Below, one piece after another: positions 26,854 to 39,428 of a stretch of DNA of 64,000 bases; positions within the stretch are counted from its first letter, which is position 1; each line of letters starts with the position of its first letter. The stretch comes from Mytilus edulis (taxonomy: Eukaryota). The stretch is taken from positions 6,820,001 through 6,884,000 of the forward strand of contig NC_092352.1 in the NCBI RefSeq assembly GCF_963676685.1. The letters run 5' to 3'. A model generated the notes under the pieces. It saw only the letters and a program-made list of their open reading frames with translations. It did no database searches and was not told the origin of the DNA. Both the position numbers and the translations under genes were made by a program.

Positions 26854-28649
26854 TCGAATCAAAACATGTTAAAGACATGTCACAATCATCCAATACACCA
26901 AAAGTAAAGGCCAAATTTCTCAGAGTATTTGCAAATAAGAAAACATAACCTTAATAAAAAGCTGCGCCATTAGCGCATGATATGCCTGTCGCATTTTAAA
27001 GAATAAAGTTCAGTTACTTCTCAATGTTATATCAGAAATTTATTAAAAAATAAAACTAAAGGAAGCTTATACAAACATATATAAATCAGTTGCCAAAGTT
27101 TATTGAAAACTACTGAAAGCACTTTAGGGATATTGTATGAAAACTGGAAAATCACCCCTTTTTTTGTATAATATCACATAATTCGGAAAAGTAAAATCTA
27201 AAATTCCTAATCAAAGAGCTTGAAAGCACTGAAAGTTTAAGTTTGCTTTAATTTATCAGTGGAAGACAAAATTAAGCATTGCATAGTATACAGCATTTAT
27301 TGTAGTTCATTTAGCTATAATCATTGACAATGGAAGATAACTCAAATTTTAAAAATGACTTCAACAATGACATCATTGATATCTTTAGAACAAATATTAG
27401 ATTCCTGCACCATCCACACATTATGTAATATTCTTGAAAAGTATACCGTTATTTTGTATCATGAGTATCTGATCAAATATTTCATCGATAAACTTCTTGA
27501 AATGTTCATGGATAGGATGTATAGAATGTGACTAGTATTGCACTATATTTTGTGTATATCAAAAGTAGTGATGATCCTTGGAAGATTTATATACCAAGTC
27601 AGTAACATAGGATTTTAATTGCATTTCATGCAATCTTTACCCAAAAATCAAAAGGGAGCTCATGTCAACAGATATAAACAATTTACCTGTTACATGAAAA
27701 ATGCTCATTAAATGAGTTGGAGGTCAGATAATTTTTGTCTGACATACATTTAAACCTTTCAAGGAAACATATTTATCAAATTGTTATCCTGTCACTCATA
27801 GTTACTAGCGAGTTTCACATGACAAAATCTTTTTAAGCAGTTGCTGAACCACCAAATGAGCATCATGGTCTACTATCCAACAAAATATAAAGCGTATGCA
27901 AATATTTTAGGTCACCTGGCAGTGTCTGTGGATTGAAATTACTATATCGCATATTTTGTGACTTTAATTGCTATAGACGAGACAAAATTCATTATAAGCT
28001 TTTATGTTATGTCAAGGTCAGATGAACCCTGGATTGATATAAAAAAAAATCCCCAAAACATTACAGATTTGTCGGACTATTAAAGCGGTTCTGTGTTATT
28101 GATGAGTAGAAACTACCACCATTACAAATTGTAAGAGAACCTGGAGTTAATGAATGAGCTGAAATGACAACAAAAAGACCATGTACCCAACATCATTGCA
28201 TTGGTAATACATATAAGATTCAGACCAAAGGGTGTAATCACTAAGTTATCTTTTTTTGTTACTATCATTATTAATGGTGCAGATGACTGAGGAAGAGAAA
28301 GATTGAAATGTAACGAAGCCTACACTTTACATTAGTGATCATATGCGTTTAATAAAGAGATAAAACAAGAATTATTTCACAATTACCATAATAAATACTA
28401 TAAATAGATCTGATCTGAAAAATAGATTAAATGTAATTATCAATATATTGTAGTTCATTATAAGATACAAGGTAGGTCATTTAAATATTTATTGATCACC
28501 TGAATTGAAATGTTTACCTGAATCAGGTATAAACATGTTCTAACTAACTTCCTTGTAGGACGACATTTTGAACAACAGTAAAAGTGTCATAAGAACCGAA
28601 AGGATTTTTCCTGACACCAAAAGGTATCTAGTTAGTATATATTATTCAT

Positions 28650-29060
28650 TACTAAGAGAAATGTTGGGAATATTGCAATTATGATTTAAAGGGTTGAATG
28701 AAACTTGGGTTATATAACAATTATGACTAAAAGGACAAGGTTGGGTATATAGCACATATGATTTAAAAGAAACGTGCAGTATATAGTAATTTTGGCTAAC
28801 AGAAAATGTGGGGTACATACATGTAGCAACTATGACTAAACAAATGTTTTTAGGTATAAAACAAATGACTAGAACGAAATGTTTATAGCAGTAATGATTC
28901 AAAGGAAATGTGAGATATACAGTAATTTTGAATAAAAGGAAACATGGGTATTTAGCAATTATGATTAAACAGAAATGGTATAAAGCAAATGACTAAAAAG
29001 AAATGTGGGGTTTATAGCTGTTGAGGCTTAAAAAGAAAAGTGGGGTAAAACAAATGCAAA
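28650..29060. repeat. Degenerate ~33-bp minisatellite, about 12 units
   Basis: Recurrent AAAAGAAATGTGGGTATATAGCAATTATGACT-like units. Confidence 0.75.
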
Positions 29061-29300
29061 GAGAACACAACAGCGCGAAAACCAGAAGACATTTCATCAA
29101 CATATATAGGTTCCGATGAAACAGACACACGCTAGCAAAATCTTGGCAATCAAAATTCTCATAAACTGTTATCACAGAGATATGTCTCGTTTTTTTGTAA
29201 TTTCAATATGACAAATGTTGAAATTAATGAAATGGCAACGCTTTAATATGTAAGTTTTGCAAATATTCGAAGTCATTGAACCATGACTCAAGGTACAAGG

Positions 29301-29922
29301 TGAAGTGCCAACCGTTATTGTAAATAGTTGGCAGATATCAATTATAAAGTCCAAAGTTATAAAACTGTTTTAAAGCCAAAACTTTGAATAATCAAGAATA
29401 AAACTTGTTTGAATTAAATAAAAGCAGCTTTATTAAAATCTAATATCATTAATCATAGTTATGAATCAATTACAATATATGTGAAAGAATTACAGTGTGT
29501 GCTAAAACTGAAAATACCTGAATAGTAAAATCTAGGTCACTTGCTAAAAATCAGCTGTTCTGTCTGGGATCTAATTTGAAACTGACTATACTTTTCTCCA
29601 AACGTTTAAAAGATCAAGTTAATCAATACATCTAAAAATAGTACGTGTGTACACAATATGAAAGTAACCAAAAATGGCCATAAAGTTGACAAGTTCTCTT
29701 TGGGATAATTCTAACATTATGAAAGGATAAATATGGATTACATAGGATGCATTAATAACTTCTGAATAAGGTAATTATGTTGTAACTTTAGAAAATCATT
29801 CCGCATAACAAGCAAGTGTACAAAAGTGAAAGTATGTATGACCTAGTTTCGCGGAAAATACGAATGAATGAAAGTTATTATCAGATTATTAAAAGAATAC
29901 TGCAAATAATCGTGGCACAACA
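29301..29922 (-). repeat. 3' LTR (622 bp)
   Basis: Direct repeat of 37042-37686 with about 20 substitutions and a few indels. Purine tract AAGAGGAGCAG (minus strand, 29923-29933) abuts it. Confidence 0.95.
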
Positions 29923-30100
29923 CTGCTCCTCTTAAAGAAAAAATAATTCTGTCCCTAGAATTGACATAAAATAAATGAATATTCAAATTTCAACATAAGA
30001 GGTATACATACATGTAAAATGTATTTAAACAGTTAAACAATAATATATATATATATAAATCTCATTCGTTTAAAGTTCAATATGATTACAAAGTTCTTTC

Positions 30101-30690
30101 CTATTTTCTTGAATTAACAACACAAACGGAACTTCTGATCTTCTTATCGGGATTACATGTAGGTTGAGACTCTGTTAATTTATTTTTAAGTTTTCTGACT
30201 TCTTCTTTCAGATCTGTCTTTCTTTTTTCCAGTCGCTCAATAAAATTACCAAAACGAAGGCACTCATATCTATGTTTTTCTTCTAATTCTTTAAGTTGAT
30301 TTGCATGTGTTGAGCGTAACTCTATTAATTTATTTTCTAATTCTACAATTTGTTCATCGTTTGGATCAACCTTTACTTCTACAATTTCTATCTCTTCTTA
30401 TTGTATGAATATTTGATAATACATGTTGAGTCCTCAATTTCTGTAATGTCCTCACTTACTATCACCACATAAGGATTACTACTTTTCATACAAATGTGTT
30501 CTTTATTAACGTGAGGGTTTTTAGGATCTTTTATGTGTCTTTGCCACTTAGCATTGCTAATTGTCTTAAAATTACATGTTTTGCATAAAAATGGGACTCG
30601 GTCATCTGAAGCATGTTTAATAATAAAATTTTGAATGGTGTTTTTCGTATTTCCTCGGAAAGAACACTTGGAACATTGAAACAGTACCAT
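30101..30690 (-). pseudogene. Gypsy accessory ORF3: two C2H2/U1-like zinc fingers + coiled coil (~195 aa, disrupted near 30400)
   Basis: FQCSKC..H, linker HASDDRVPF, CKTC-x12-H-x7-H; then in another frame EEIEIVEVKVDPNDEQIVELENKLIELRSTHANQLKELEEKH..LKEEVRKLKNKL..RK*. Preceded by TTTTATTCTTACAG. Confidence 0.7.
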
Positions 30691-30834
30691 AATTCTGTAA
30701 GAATAAAATTAATCAATACTTAATACTTTATAACATTAACAAGTATAAAATATTATTTTTTGTTTTTAAAACAGGAATAAATACATGAAATAAATACATG
30801 TATAAAATATTTAGGTTTACTCTTAACATAACAT

Positions 30835-33800
30835 TTATTCTAATTGATTGAGTTTTCTATTAACCCAGTCTGGTATGTCATTTACATACGGTTTTAATTT
30901 ATCTATATGAACAACTTCAGTTCTAGATTTAAAACAGATTTCATAGACCACTGTGCTCAAAACTTTTGAAATTAAATACCAAGCCATGGGGATTTAAATT
31001 TTTGTCTTATAGTTTTGTCAAAATATACAAGATCCCCTTTCTTATATTTATATTTTGTTAGTCTAGTTTCATGATTCTTTTTAAGTCTTTCAGCATTTGT
31101 CTTGAAATGTTTCCTGGCAATCTGATATACATTTTGAAGATCTAGAGCATATTCATTTTGCCCTTCATATTTCTTGTCTGGTAGTGGATATATCAATTTT
31201 ATAGGAATACTTATTTCTCGGCCTAGCATAAGAAAAGAAGCCTGTAGCAGGATGTGGTGTACTACGATAAGCTGCCAATAGTAGATTGATGTTTACATCC
31301 CAGTCTGTAGCATTCTTGTTGATGAAACTTTTTATCATCCCTGCTAGGGTTCGATTAAACCTCTCAATAAGTCCATTTGAGGCAGGATGGTAAGGTGTTG
31401 TCCGGGTCTTTGTCATTTCAAAAATTCTACAGACAGCCTTAAACAATTCACTCTGGAAATTACTGCCTTGGTCACTTTGCAGTTCTAGAGGTATTCCAAA
31501 TCTTGTTATAAATTCCATTACAAATTTATGTGCCACAATATCAGCTTTTTGGTGTGGCAAAGGATAAACTTCCATCCATCGGGTGAAATTATCTCCTATT
31601 ACCAATAAATATTTATTTCTTCTCTGTGTTTGTGGTAAGGGTCCAATTACATCAATACTCACTCTGTCTAAAGGGTAACCCACTCTATAATCAACCAACC
31701 CAGCTTTTGACTTTCTACTTTTACTTTTAGTACAAATTACACAATTTTCTATGTGTATTCTGACGTCTTTTGTCATTTGATACCAAGTAAAATAATTTTT
31801 CATTTTCTGGACTGATTTCGTTATACCAAAATGACCAGAATATGCAGTACCGTGACAGCTGATTATTATTTCTTTCTTTATAACAGCTGTTACCAGAAGT
31901 TGTAAATGATCTAGTTCACTTATAACGTCTCTCCATTTTTGGTAATTTCTCCACCAATACGGACAAGATTACTCCAATTCAGCCAATAATGTCTTACTGC
32001 TGGGCTGAAACTGGCACATTTATCTCTATCTGGTGTTTCTCCAGCATCCATCCATTTATGTAAAAAGCTGTAATCTTGGTCTTCTTTCTGGAATGTACTC
32101 ATTTCTTTTTCTGTGTATTTAGTTAACCAACTGGAACAATTATCATCATTTGACTGTGTTACATTCCTCATCATAGATTTATCAGTTAAATTCTTTACAT
32201 TATCAACCTTTTTTTCTAAATTCTGACCATTCTTGTTTCCATTCAATGCATTCAGTCCAACTGGAATTAAGATTTCCCTCTTTCAAATGTATACAAAGAT
32301 CATTTTCATTAGAATTTCTAGACATTGCATTAGCATTAGAATGTTTTGTTCCTGGACGGTGTTGAATGTCAAAATTGTATTGACTAAGACTTTCAATCCA
32401 TCTTGGTTACTGTCCCTGAGGGTCTTTAAATGCAAATATCCATCGTAATGATCCATGGTCTGTTCTCAGCAAAAATTTTCTTCCAAGCAAAAAGTGTCGA
32501 AATTGCTGTATAAATGTGACAACTGCAAGTAATTCTCGTCTTGTGACACTATACCTCTGTTGTACCCTGTCTAGTTTCTTTGGTGCGTACGATATAACCT
32601 TTTCTTTGTTTTCCTGGATTTGAGACAGCACAGCGCCAATAGCTATATTAGATGCATCTGTGTCCAATATAAACATTCCGTCTGATAGTGGGTATGCCAA
32701 TATTGGTGATGTTGTCAGTGCGATTTTTAATTTTTTCAAAAGATTCTTGACAGGGCTGTGTCCATTCAAAAGGTACATCTTTTCTTGTAAGCTGACTGAG
32801 TGGAGCTGCAATGTCACTAAATTTGTATTTATAATGCCTGTAATAATTACATAGACCAAGGAATTGTTGTATTTCTTTTGCTGTTGATGGGGCTTTCCAG
32901 CTATCTACGGACTGTAATATCTTTGGATTTGGCTTAATTTCCTCTTTACCTACAACATGCCCTAGGTATAGTATAACTACTCTTAATATATCACATTTAG
33001 ATGGTTTAAGCTTTAATCCTACATTTATAAGTCTTAAAAAAACTTCATCTAGTCTTTTAAGATGTTTTTCTTCATCAGAACTAAAATTTATAATATCATC
33101 GAGTATATCAGGAGTGTTTGCCATTGAAGTCCTTTAAATATCAACTCCATGCATCTCTGGAAAGTGCTAGGGTCATTGCAGAGTCCAAAAGGCATCTTTG
33201 TATACTCATACAGACCATACTTGGTAATAAATGCTATCTTTGGATGGTCTGATTCTTCTACCATCAACTGCCAATAACCACTTTGAAGATCGGGACATGA
33301 AAATATGGACGCTGACACTAAACAATCAAGGCACATATCTATGCGGGGAATAGGGTAGGCATCTGTAATTGTAAGATCGTTGACTCTGCGAAAATCCACA
33401 AACCAGCGCATAGAGTTGTATTTCTTCCAAACAAGTACTACTGGTAAATCCCATGCTGATTTTGATGATTTGATAACTCCCGTCTTAAGTTGATCTTGTA
33501 AGTTTTCAAATTATTCATTCACAAATCCTATTGGTGTCCTTCTAAGTGGTTGTCTTACTGGTGCTGCACCAGCTGTATCTATTCTATGTTTTATAAAGGG
33601 ACATGTTCCAACATCAGTTTTAGAATGCCTTGCTGTTCTTGAGGAGCATATCTGCAAGCTTTCGTTTGGTTTCTTCATTTGCTATGTTTATGCTACTTCT
33701 TTCAAATAAATCCTTAAGATGATCTGGTAATGCAGGAATTTCGGTCTCATTTCTGCATTTATCATTCATCTCCCAGGAATTTTCTGCTTTACAGTTCTGA

Positions 33801-34903
33801 ATGGTGCTATTCCATTCATCAGGAATACGTACTGGTTCATCTGTAAGGTTTATATTCATCTTCAAATTGTGCAACTTGCAGATATTCTTGGTATTATCAT
33901 CCAAAGGTTGTATTGTTTTGGATGTCATCAAATTGTGTAATATTTGTAACCGGATGTAATTCTCCTATTAAGTAATTTCTTTTTAACTGTACAGGGTGGT
34001 CCTCCATATTCACCAGTCTAAAGGGAATGCCTTTTTAAAAGGGTCAACAAGGATTTGTGCAACCATAATTTTACGATTATCCTCAACCACTGGTTGTAGC
34101 ATGGTATATCTGGTATCTATAGCATTAGTATTATAACTCCCACCTAATAATATCATCTAAGAATTGGCTGGAACGGTTACATTTTCAGTTACAATCACTC
34201 TTGCTATCTTGTCATCCCTCTTCCTCTCAGTGTAACACTCTATCTACTTGCCGTCCACCTGCATTCCCTTCTTGGAGTTTATTGTAATGTCAAGTTCATC
34301 TACAATATCACATCCAAGAAGAATTATACTATCACCAATAGGGGCAATATACATATCCCAAGAAAATTCATGGTTCCCAAGTTTAACATTCATCATAGCT
34401 ATTCCATGGGTCTCTATACTTTTCCCTGACTCAGCTACTACTTAGTTTCTGGTCGCTTTCTTTAATATTGATCTCTTTTCCTCAGGAATCCCAAAATACA
34501 GACTGCTATTAAGAACCGTCACTTCCGCTCCTGTATCCATAACAGCTTTGGTCACCTGCCCATTAATACGTATGGGAACTTTAATTGTTGCTGACCTCAC
34601 TCTGTCTATCTGGATAACACAACTAGATTGCCGTCTGCTGTCCATCTTCTCCGTTTTCATCATAGGAGTCATTACAGATGTCGAGGTACTTTGTTCTGAC
34701 GTCAACTCAGACATTACCTCTACAATCTTTGTTTCTCATACAGGTGACAAAGGACTTAAATCCTTTTCTTGTTCTTTATTTCCCTTCTGCATCTTGGATT
34801 CTTTGAAAAGTATATCAATATTAAAATCTGCTGACTCAGCATCTTCATTTCTCATCTCTAAGGCTGACACTTGGCCGACAGTCCCAGCCTCTACTTGTTT
34901 AAA
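30835..34903 (-). pseudogene. Gypsy pol (protease, RT, RNase H, integrase), frameshifted
   Basis: AVMDTGAEVT, DLQSGYWQ, MPFGLCN, LDDII, DTDASNIAIGAVLSQ, HHCC remnants, SDQGSNF, YHPASNGLIERFNRTL, SPWLG, VVHIDKLKPY. No chromodomain seen. Confidence 0.93.
34861..34903 (-). promoter_or_regulatory. Putative -1 ribosomal frameshift signal (U_UUA_AAC + stem-loop) at the gag-pol junction
   Basis: Heptamer 34897-34903 in gag phase, gag TAG follows, 6-nt spacer, AGGCUG/CAGCCU stem. The -1 frame continues into the protease frame. Confidence 0.75.
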
Positions 34904-36546
34904 TAATTCTCTTCAGTGCTATTCTTATATACTGTTGTTTATCATTTTTTCTTATTTGGGCAGTCCCTGCTGTAATGCCCTGCTTGGTTGCATGAATAGC
35001 ATTTATTCGAGTTGGGTTTCTGTTGTTTTTCCCTAGGAATCCATTTATTACTTACTGCTCTCTTCTCTGGTGCTTGATTCATTAGCTTTTTATCTATCAT
35101 TTCTCCAACTGACTTAGTTATATCTTTTGTCATTGACTCTCTCATGTCCCGCCCAAACTGATTAAGTATCTCCTCAGTTATGAACCGCTGGCTGAGCTCC
35201 TGCTTTTCTGCAGGTGAGGTCTTCATAGTCATATTCTTCTTCTTCTTCCATTGTCTCCACCTGACGAATCTGAGTTTTGCCTTTCATTCCATTCTTACAT
35301 GTTAGATGCCAAGTCACCAGGTTTATCGTTTCTTCCATGGTTTTTGGTCGTTTAGTCAAATCATCATATGCCAGACTCTTATCAGGTTATCCAGACAACA
35401 TATATTCAACACTGATATTATTGAACAGCTGTTTGTGTATTCCGGGGTAAGCCTTTCTAACCATGCCTTCTATCCTAGCAGCATATTCATGGATGCTTTC
35501 TTTATATTGTTTCTTGATGGTCAGTAATTCACGTCTGTAGGTCTTTGGAAAATTGTTGTTTTCAAAACGTCTTTCCATTTCTGAATTAAATAGCATAAAG
35601 GAAGTGCGAACTTCTGGAGCTAACTCTGTGGCAAAAGTAAGGGCCTCATCCTTAAGGACTAGACGGATTTCTTCTGTTTGCTGTCTTGGACTCCAGTTAT
35701 TACGTTCTGCAATTATTTGGAACTGTACCATAAAAGTTTTCCAGTCTACTTTACCATTAAAAAAAGGAAGTCTTGACTTGCAAATGATTCTGTTCGATTT
35801 CGAATCGGATAGGCTGTCTCACTAAATCTAGTGTCAGGGTAGTATGTGGAATTTTGTTGATTCCATCTATATGGTTGTTGTTCACCGTTACCATGGTTAC
35901 CATAATTTCTATATTGTGACTGCATACTATGTGCTGAAGGTTGGGACTCTGTAGTCATTGTTTGCCTTGTATTAAATTCTTTCTCTCTTTCAAGTTCTTG
36001 TATCCTTCGTCTAAGTTCCATCACCTCATCTGGTTGATGATTCACGTGATATGTTGATTTGTTCAGATTGCTGTCACTCAGAGAAGATATTCTGGGCCGT
36101 GATAGGTTTTTCATGGTATTTGTCTGATTTGCAGTCATTGGTCGGGTCAAATTAGCATTACTATTTATTGGATTTGAATAAGTACTTACATTTATACTAT
36201 TATTACTAATATTTGTATGTAACCCCAAAGTAGGATATGACTGACTGTTTAATCTAGTTCTAGTTGATCTTATAGTATTAAAGTTTGAAATGCTGGGACC
36301 TGAAATGCTGGGACCAGACATTGAACTATTAAAATTATTAAAACTTGTAATTGAAGGGTAAGTATCAGAAATAATACCACTAGCCCCTGGTGCACTATTC
36401 GAAACAATCTGTGTTTCATTTTCTCTTGTTAAGTCCGAAAAATTGAAATTAACACTACATAAGGCAGCTCTTGGGGACCCTCCCCCTCCATTATTTAAAA
36501 ACATAGGAAGTGGTAGTTGTCTGTGTCTTAAATTCTTATTTAACAT
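34891..36546 (-). pseudogene. Gypsy gag, frameshifted
   Basis: Capsid-like QFQIIAERNNW and KQYKESIHEYAARIE; nucleocapsid knuckle CYSCNQAGHYSRDC. Confidence 0.88.
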
Positions 36547-36608
36547 ATACCAGCTGACTGACTTAATACTTAATTTCAGTTACCCTTAATGTTATTAAAA
36601 TATTTTAA

Positions 36609-36915
36609 GGAAAAGTACACCTTGAGTTTCAATAACTCTTAGTGCTCAATAATTTATTTATGGAAAAAATACACCTTGAATTTCAATAACTCTTGGTGTT
36701 CAATAATTTAGTTATGGAAAATACACCTTGAATTTCAATAACTCTTGGTGTTCAATATTTTATTTATGGAAAAATACACCATTGACTTTCAATAACTCTT
36801 AGTGCTCAATAATTTATTTATGGAAAATACACCTTGAATTTCAATAACTCTTGGTGTTCAATAATTTATTTATGGAAAATACACCTTGAGTTTCAATAAC
36901 TCTTGGTGCTCAATA
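36609..36915. repeat. Six tandem 52-54-bp units in the Gypsy 5' leader
   Basis: GGAAAATACACCTTGAATTTCAATAACTCTTGGTGTTCAATAATTTATTTAT repeated. Confidence 0.93.
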
Positions 36916-37026
36916 ATATCATATGTAAACCACAGTTTGAGTTTCAATATAAGCTTCTTTGTATGTTGTTGTTCTTTTTTGTTATGTATTACTTTTTTCC
37001 TTTTTTTTTTTTTAAATGTTCTTTTT

Positions 37027-37039
37027 ACCGCTGCCACCA
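37027..37039 (-). promoter_or_regulatory. Primer-binding site, tRNA-Leu type
   Basis: TGGTGGCAGCGGT 2 nt inside the 5' LTR; complementary to the ACCGCUGCCACCA 3' end of animal tRNA-Leu(AAG/UAG). Confidence 0.85.
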
Positions 37040-37041
37040 AT

Positions 37042-37686
37042 TGAAGTGCCAACCGTTATTGTAAATGGTTGGCAGATATTATACAAATATCAATTATAAA
37101 GTCCAAAGTTATAAAACTGTTTTGAAGCCCAATCTTTGAATAATCAAGAATAAGATTTGTTTGAATAAAATAAAAGCAGCTTTATTAAAAGCTAATATCA
37201 TTAATAATAGTTGAATCAATTACAATATATGTGAAAAGAATTGCAGTGTGTGCTAAAACTGAAAATACCTGAATAGTAAAATCTAGGTCACTTGCTAAAA
37301 ATCAGCTGTTCTGTCTGGGATATAATTTGAAACTGACTATACTTTTCTCCAAACGTTTAAAAGATCAAGTTAATCAATACACCTAAAAATAGTACGTGTG
37401 TACACAATATGAAAGTACCCAAAATGGCCATAAAGTTGACCAGTTCTATTTGGGATAATTCTAACATTATAAAAGGATAAATATGGATTACATAGGATGC
37501 ATTAATAACTTCTGAATAAGGTAATTATGTTGTAACTATAGAAAATCATTCCGCATAACAAGCAAGTGTACAAAAGTGAAAATATGTATGACCTAGTTTC
37601 GCGGAAAATATACGCCGGGAAATACGAAGGAATGAAAGTTATTATCAGATTATTAAAAGAATACTGCAAATAATCCTGGCACAACA
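37042..37686 (-). repeat. 5' LTR (645 bp)
   Basis: Direct repeat of 29301-29922. Confidence 0.95.
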
Positions 37687-37691
37687 CAAGG

Positions 37692-39090
37692 CTATACAAT
37701 CTCCATGGAAATGAGATGATGTTCCTATGCTAATACAACTGCATACCAAATAAAATTGACTTATCATAAGTATATCCCTTTAAGGTGGTACCTAACACTA
37801 CAGGGAGATAACTCTGTGAAATTAGCAGAACGTTTTAATGACGTTGTGTTCTTAAGGGAATATTAAGCTTCTCAATGATCAAAATGAGTGTTTTTCAAAC
37901 TGCTATATAACCAGTGTAATTTTTCTGATTAAACGGTTGGTTCAATTTTTTTTAATTTTTTTTATATTTTTGTCAAAGGATCAAAGTAAATACTTTGTCA
38001 AAATTTTAATAAAATTAAACGAGCCAAAATAATTTTAGTTCAGGTGTTAGGTACCACCTTAAGCAAACTTAAACACAAGCTTATACATGTAAACTAAGCA
38101 ACATATCAAAGACAATAGACCATAACTAAGGGGCCGGGGCAAGGTCAATTGATCCCTATGGCAATGAGATGTGCCAATGCTATTACTACTGCATACAAAA
38201 TATTATTGACCTATAACCAGTGATTCCCGATAAATTAACCGATCACAAACTTATACATGAAAACTAAGCAAAAGTGTCAATGTCAATAGACCATGACATA
38301 GGGGGCGGGGTAAAATAATCTCCATGGAAATAAGATATGCTGATGCTTATACAACTTCATACCAACTAGATATCATTGAGATGGGAGCCATCTCTGTGGG
38401 CCACCCTGTGAATAATGTGCATTAAAAAATTGTATCTTTACCATAGGACATGGGTTTGTCAACTGAAATCAAAGTTTATGACCTTGACCTTTGACCTAGG
38501 AAGTTGTAAATAAATTATGACACACCCTTTGGTGTTGGTTTATGAACATGTCAAGTATAAACTTTGAAATGATAACGGTTATCAAGATATAGAGCGGACA
38601 CGATCTTTACCATAGGACATGGGGTTGTCAACTGAAACCAAAGTTTTTTTACCTTGACCTTTGACTTAGGAAGTCGTTCATAAATTATGACACACCCTCT
38701 GGTGTTGGTTCATATACATGTCAAGTATAAACTTGGACGGACGGACAGACTGATCACTATAGGGCGACCCGCCTAAAGGCGGGGCCCTAATCACCATTAA
38801 CTCACCACTAGTGGTTCCCCATAAACTGAACTAATCCCAAACTTATACGTGAAGACTAAGAAAATCAAAGTCAATAGACCATGACTGAGGGGGCTGGGCC
38901 AAATAATCTCCATGGTAATGAGATGTGCCAATATTTATACAACTGCATACCAAATATCTTTGACTTACCACTACTGGTTCACCATAAACTAAACCTTGTC
39001 ACATACTAATACATTGTTGAAGGCGAAGCCGAAGCTGGACAGAGCTTACCTTTGTCTCTCTTTTTGACTCCATCAAGCGAGACAATCATA
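37692..39090. repeat. HINE-like array of ~170-bp units with nested insertions (Gypsy, TTAA MITE, second HINE at ~38378-38790)
   Basis: Unit GACCATGAC..AATCTCCATGGAAATGAGAT..CAACTGCATACCAAA recurs at ~37695, 38118, 38289 and 38877; the first unit begins left of the Gypsy at ~29280. Confidence 0.7.
37784..38058. mobile_element. 275-bp MITE with TTAA TSD (Kolobok-like)
   Basis: Perfect 15-bp TIR GGTGGTACCTAACAC, TTAA on both sides, purine termini. Confidence 0.88.
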
Positions 39091-39428
39091 AAAAAATGTG
39101 AGAATGAATCAAAACAAGAATCTGAATTCACTGACTGTTTTTAAATTTACAACAACAAAGGTTTTTTGTTATTTTTATATGTAAACATGTAGTTTGTCAT
39201 TGTTACAGCAATGAAGAGCAATAACTTGTCAATATTGTATGACACCCAATGTTTTCATCAGTACACCTAAGAACCAAATTAAGTTTTAAAAGCGCGCATA
39301 ACCGTATTGCATATTCTTATATTTATTTGCAGAAAATGTACAAGTTTTCAGATTTGTGCAATAAGCTTATGTAGTATAGGTGATTATATGCAGGTATGAA
39401 TAATATTACATAATTTATGAAAACATCG

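Larger units (their letters stand above)
29301..37686 (-). mobile_element. Full-length decayed Ty3/Gypsy LTR retrotransposon (8.4 kb)
   Basis: TG..CA LTRs, 5-bp TSD CAAGG (29296-29300 / 37687-37691), PBS, PPT, and gag-PR-RT-RH-IN domain order. Confidence 0.97.

Noticed and set aside
30101-30690. ORF3 as an env gene
   Set aside because: No signal peptide, furin site or transmembrane helix.
36609-36915. Repeat array resembling CRISPR
   Set aside because: Contiguous tandem units with no unique spacers, inside a eukaryotic LTR element.
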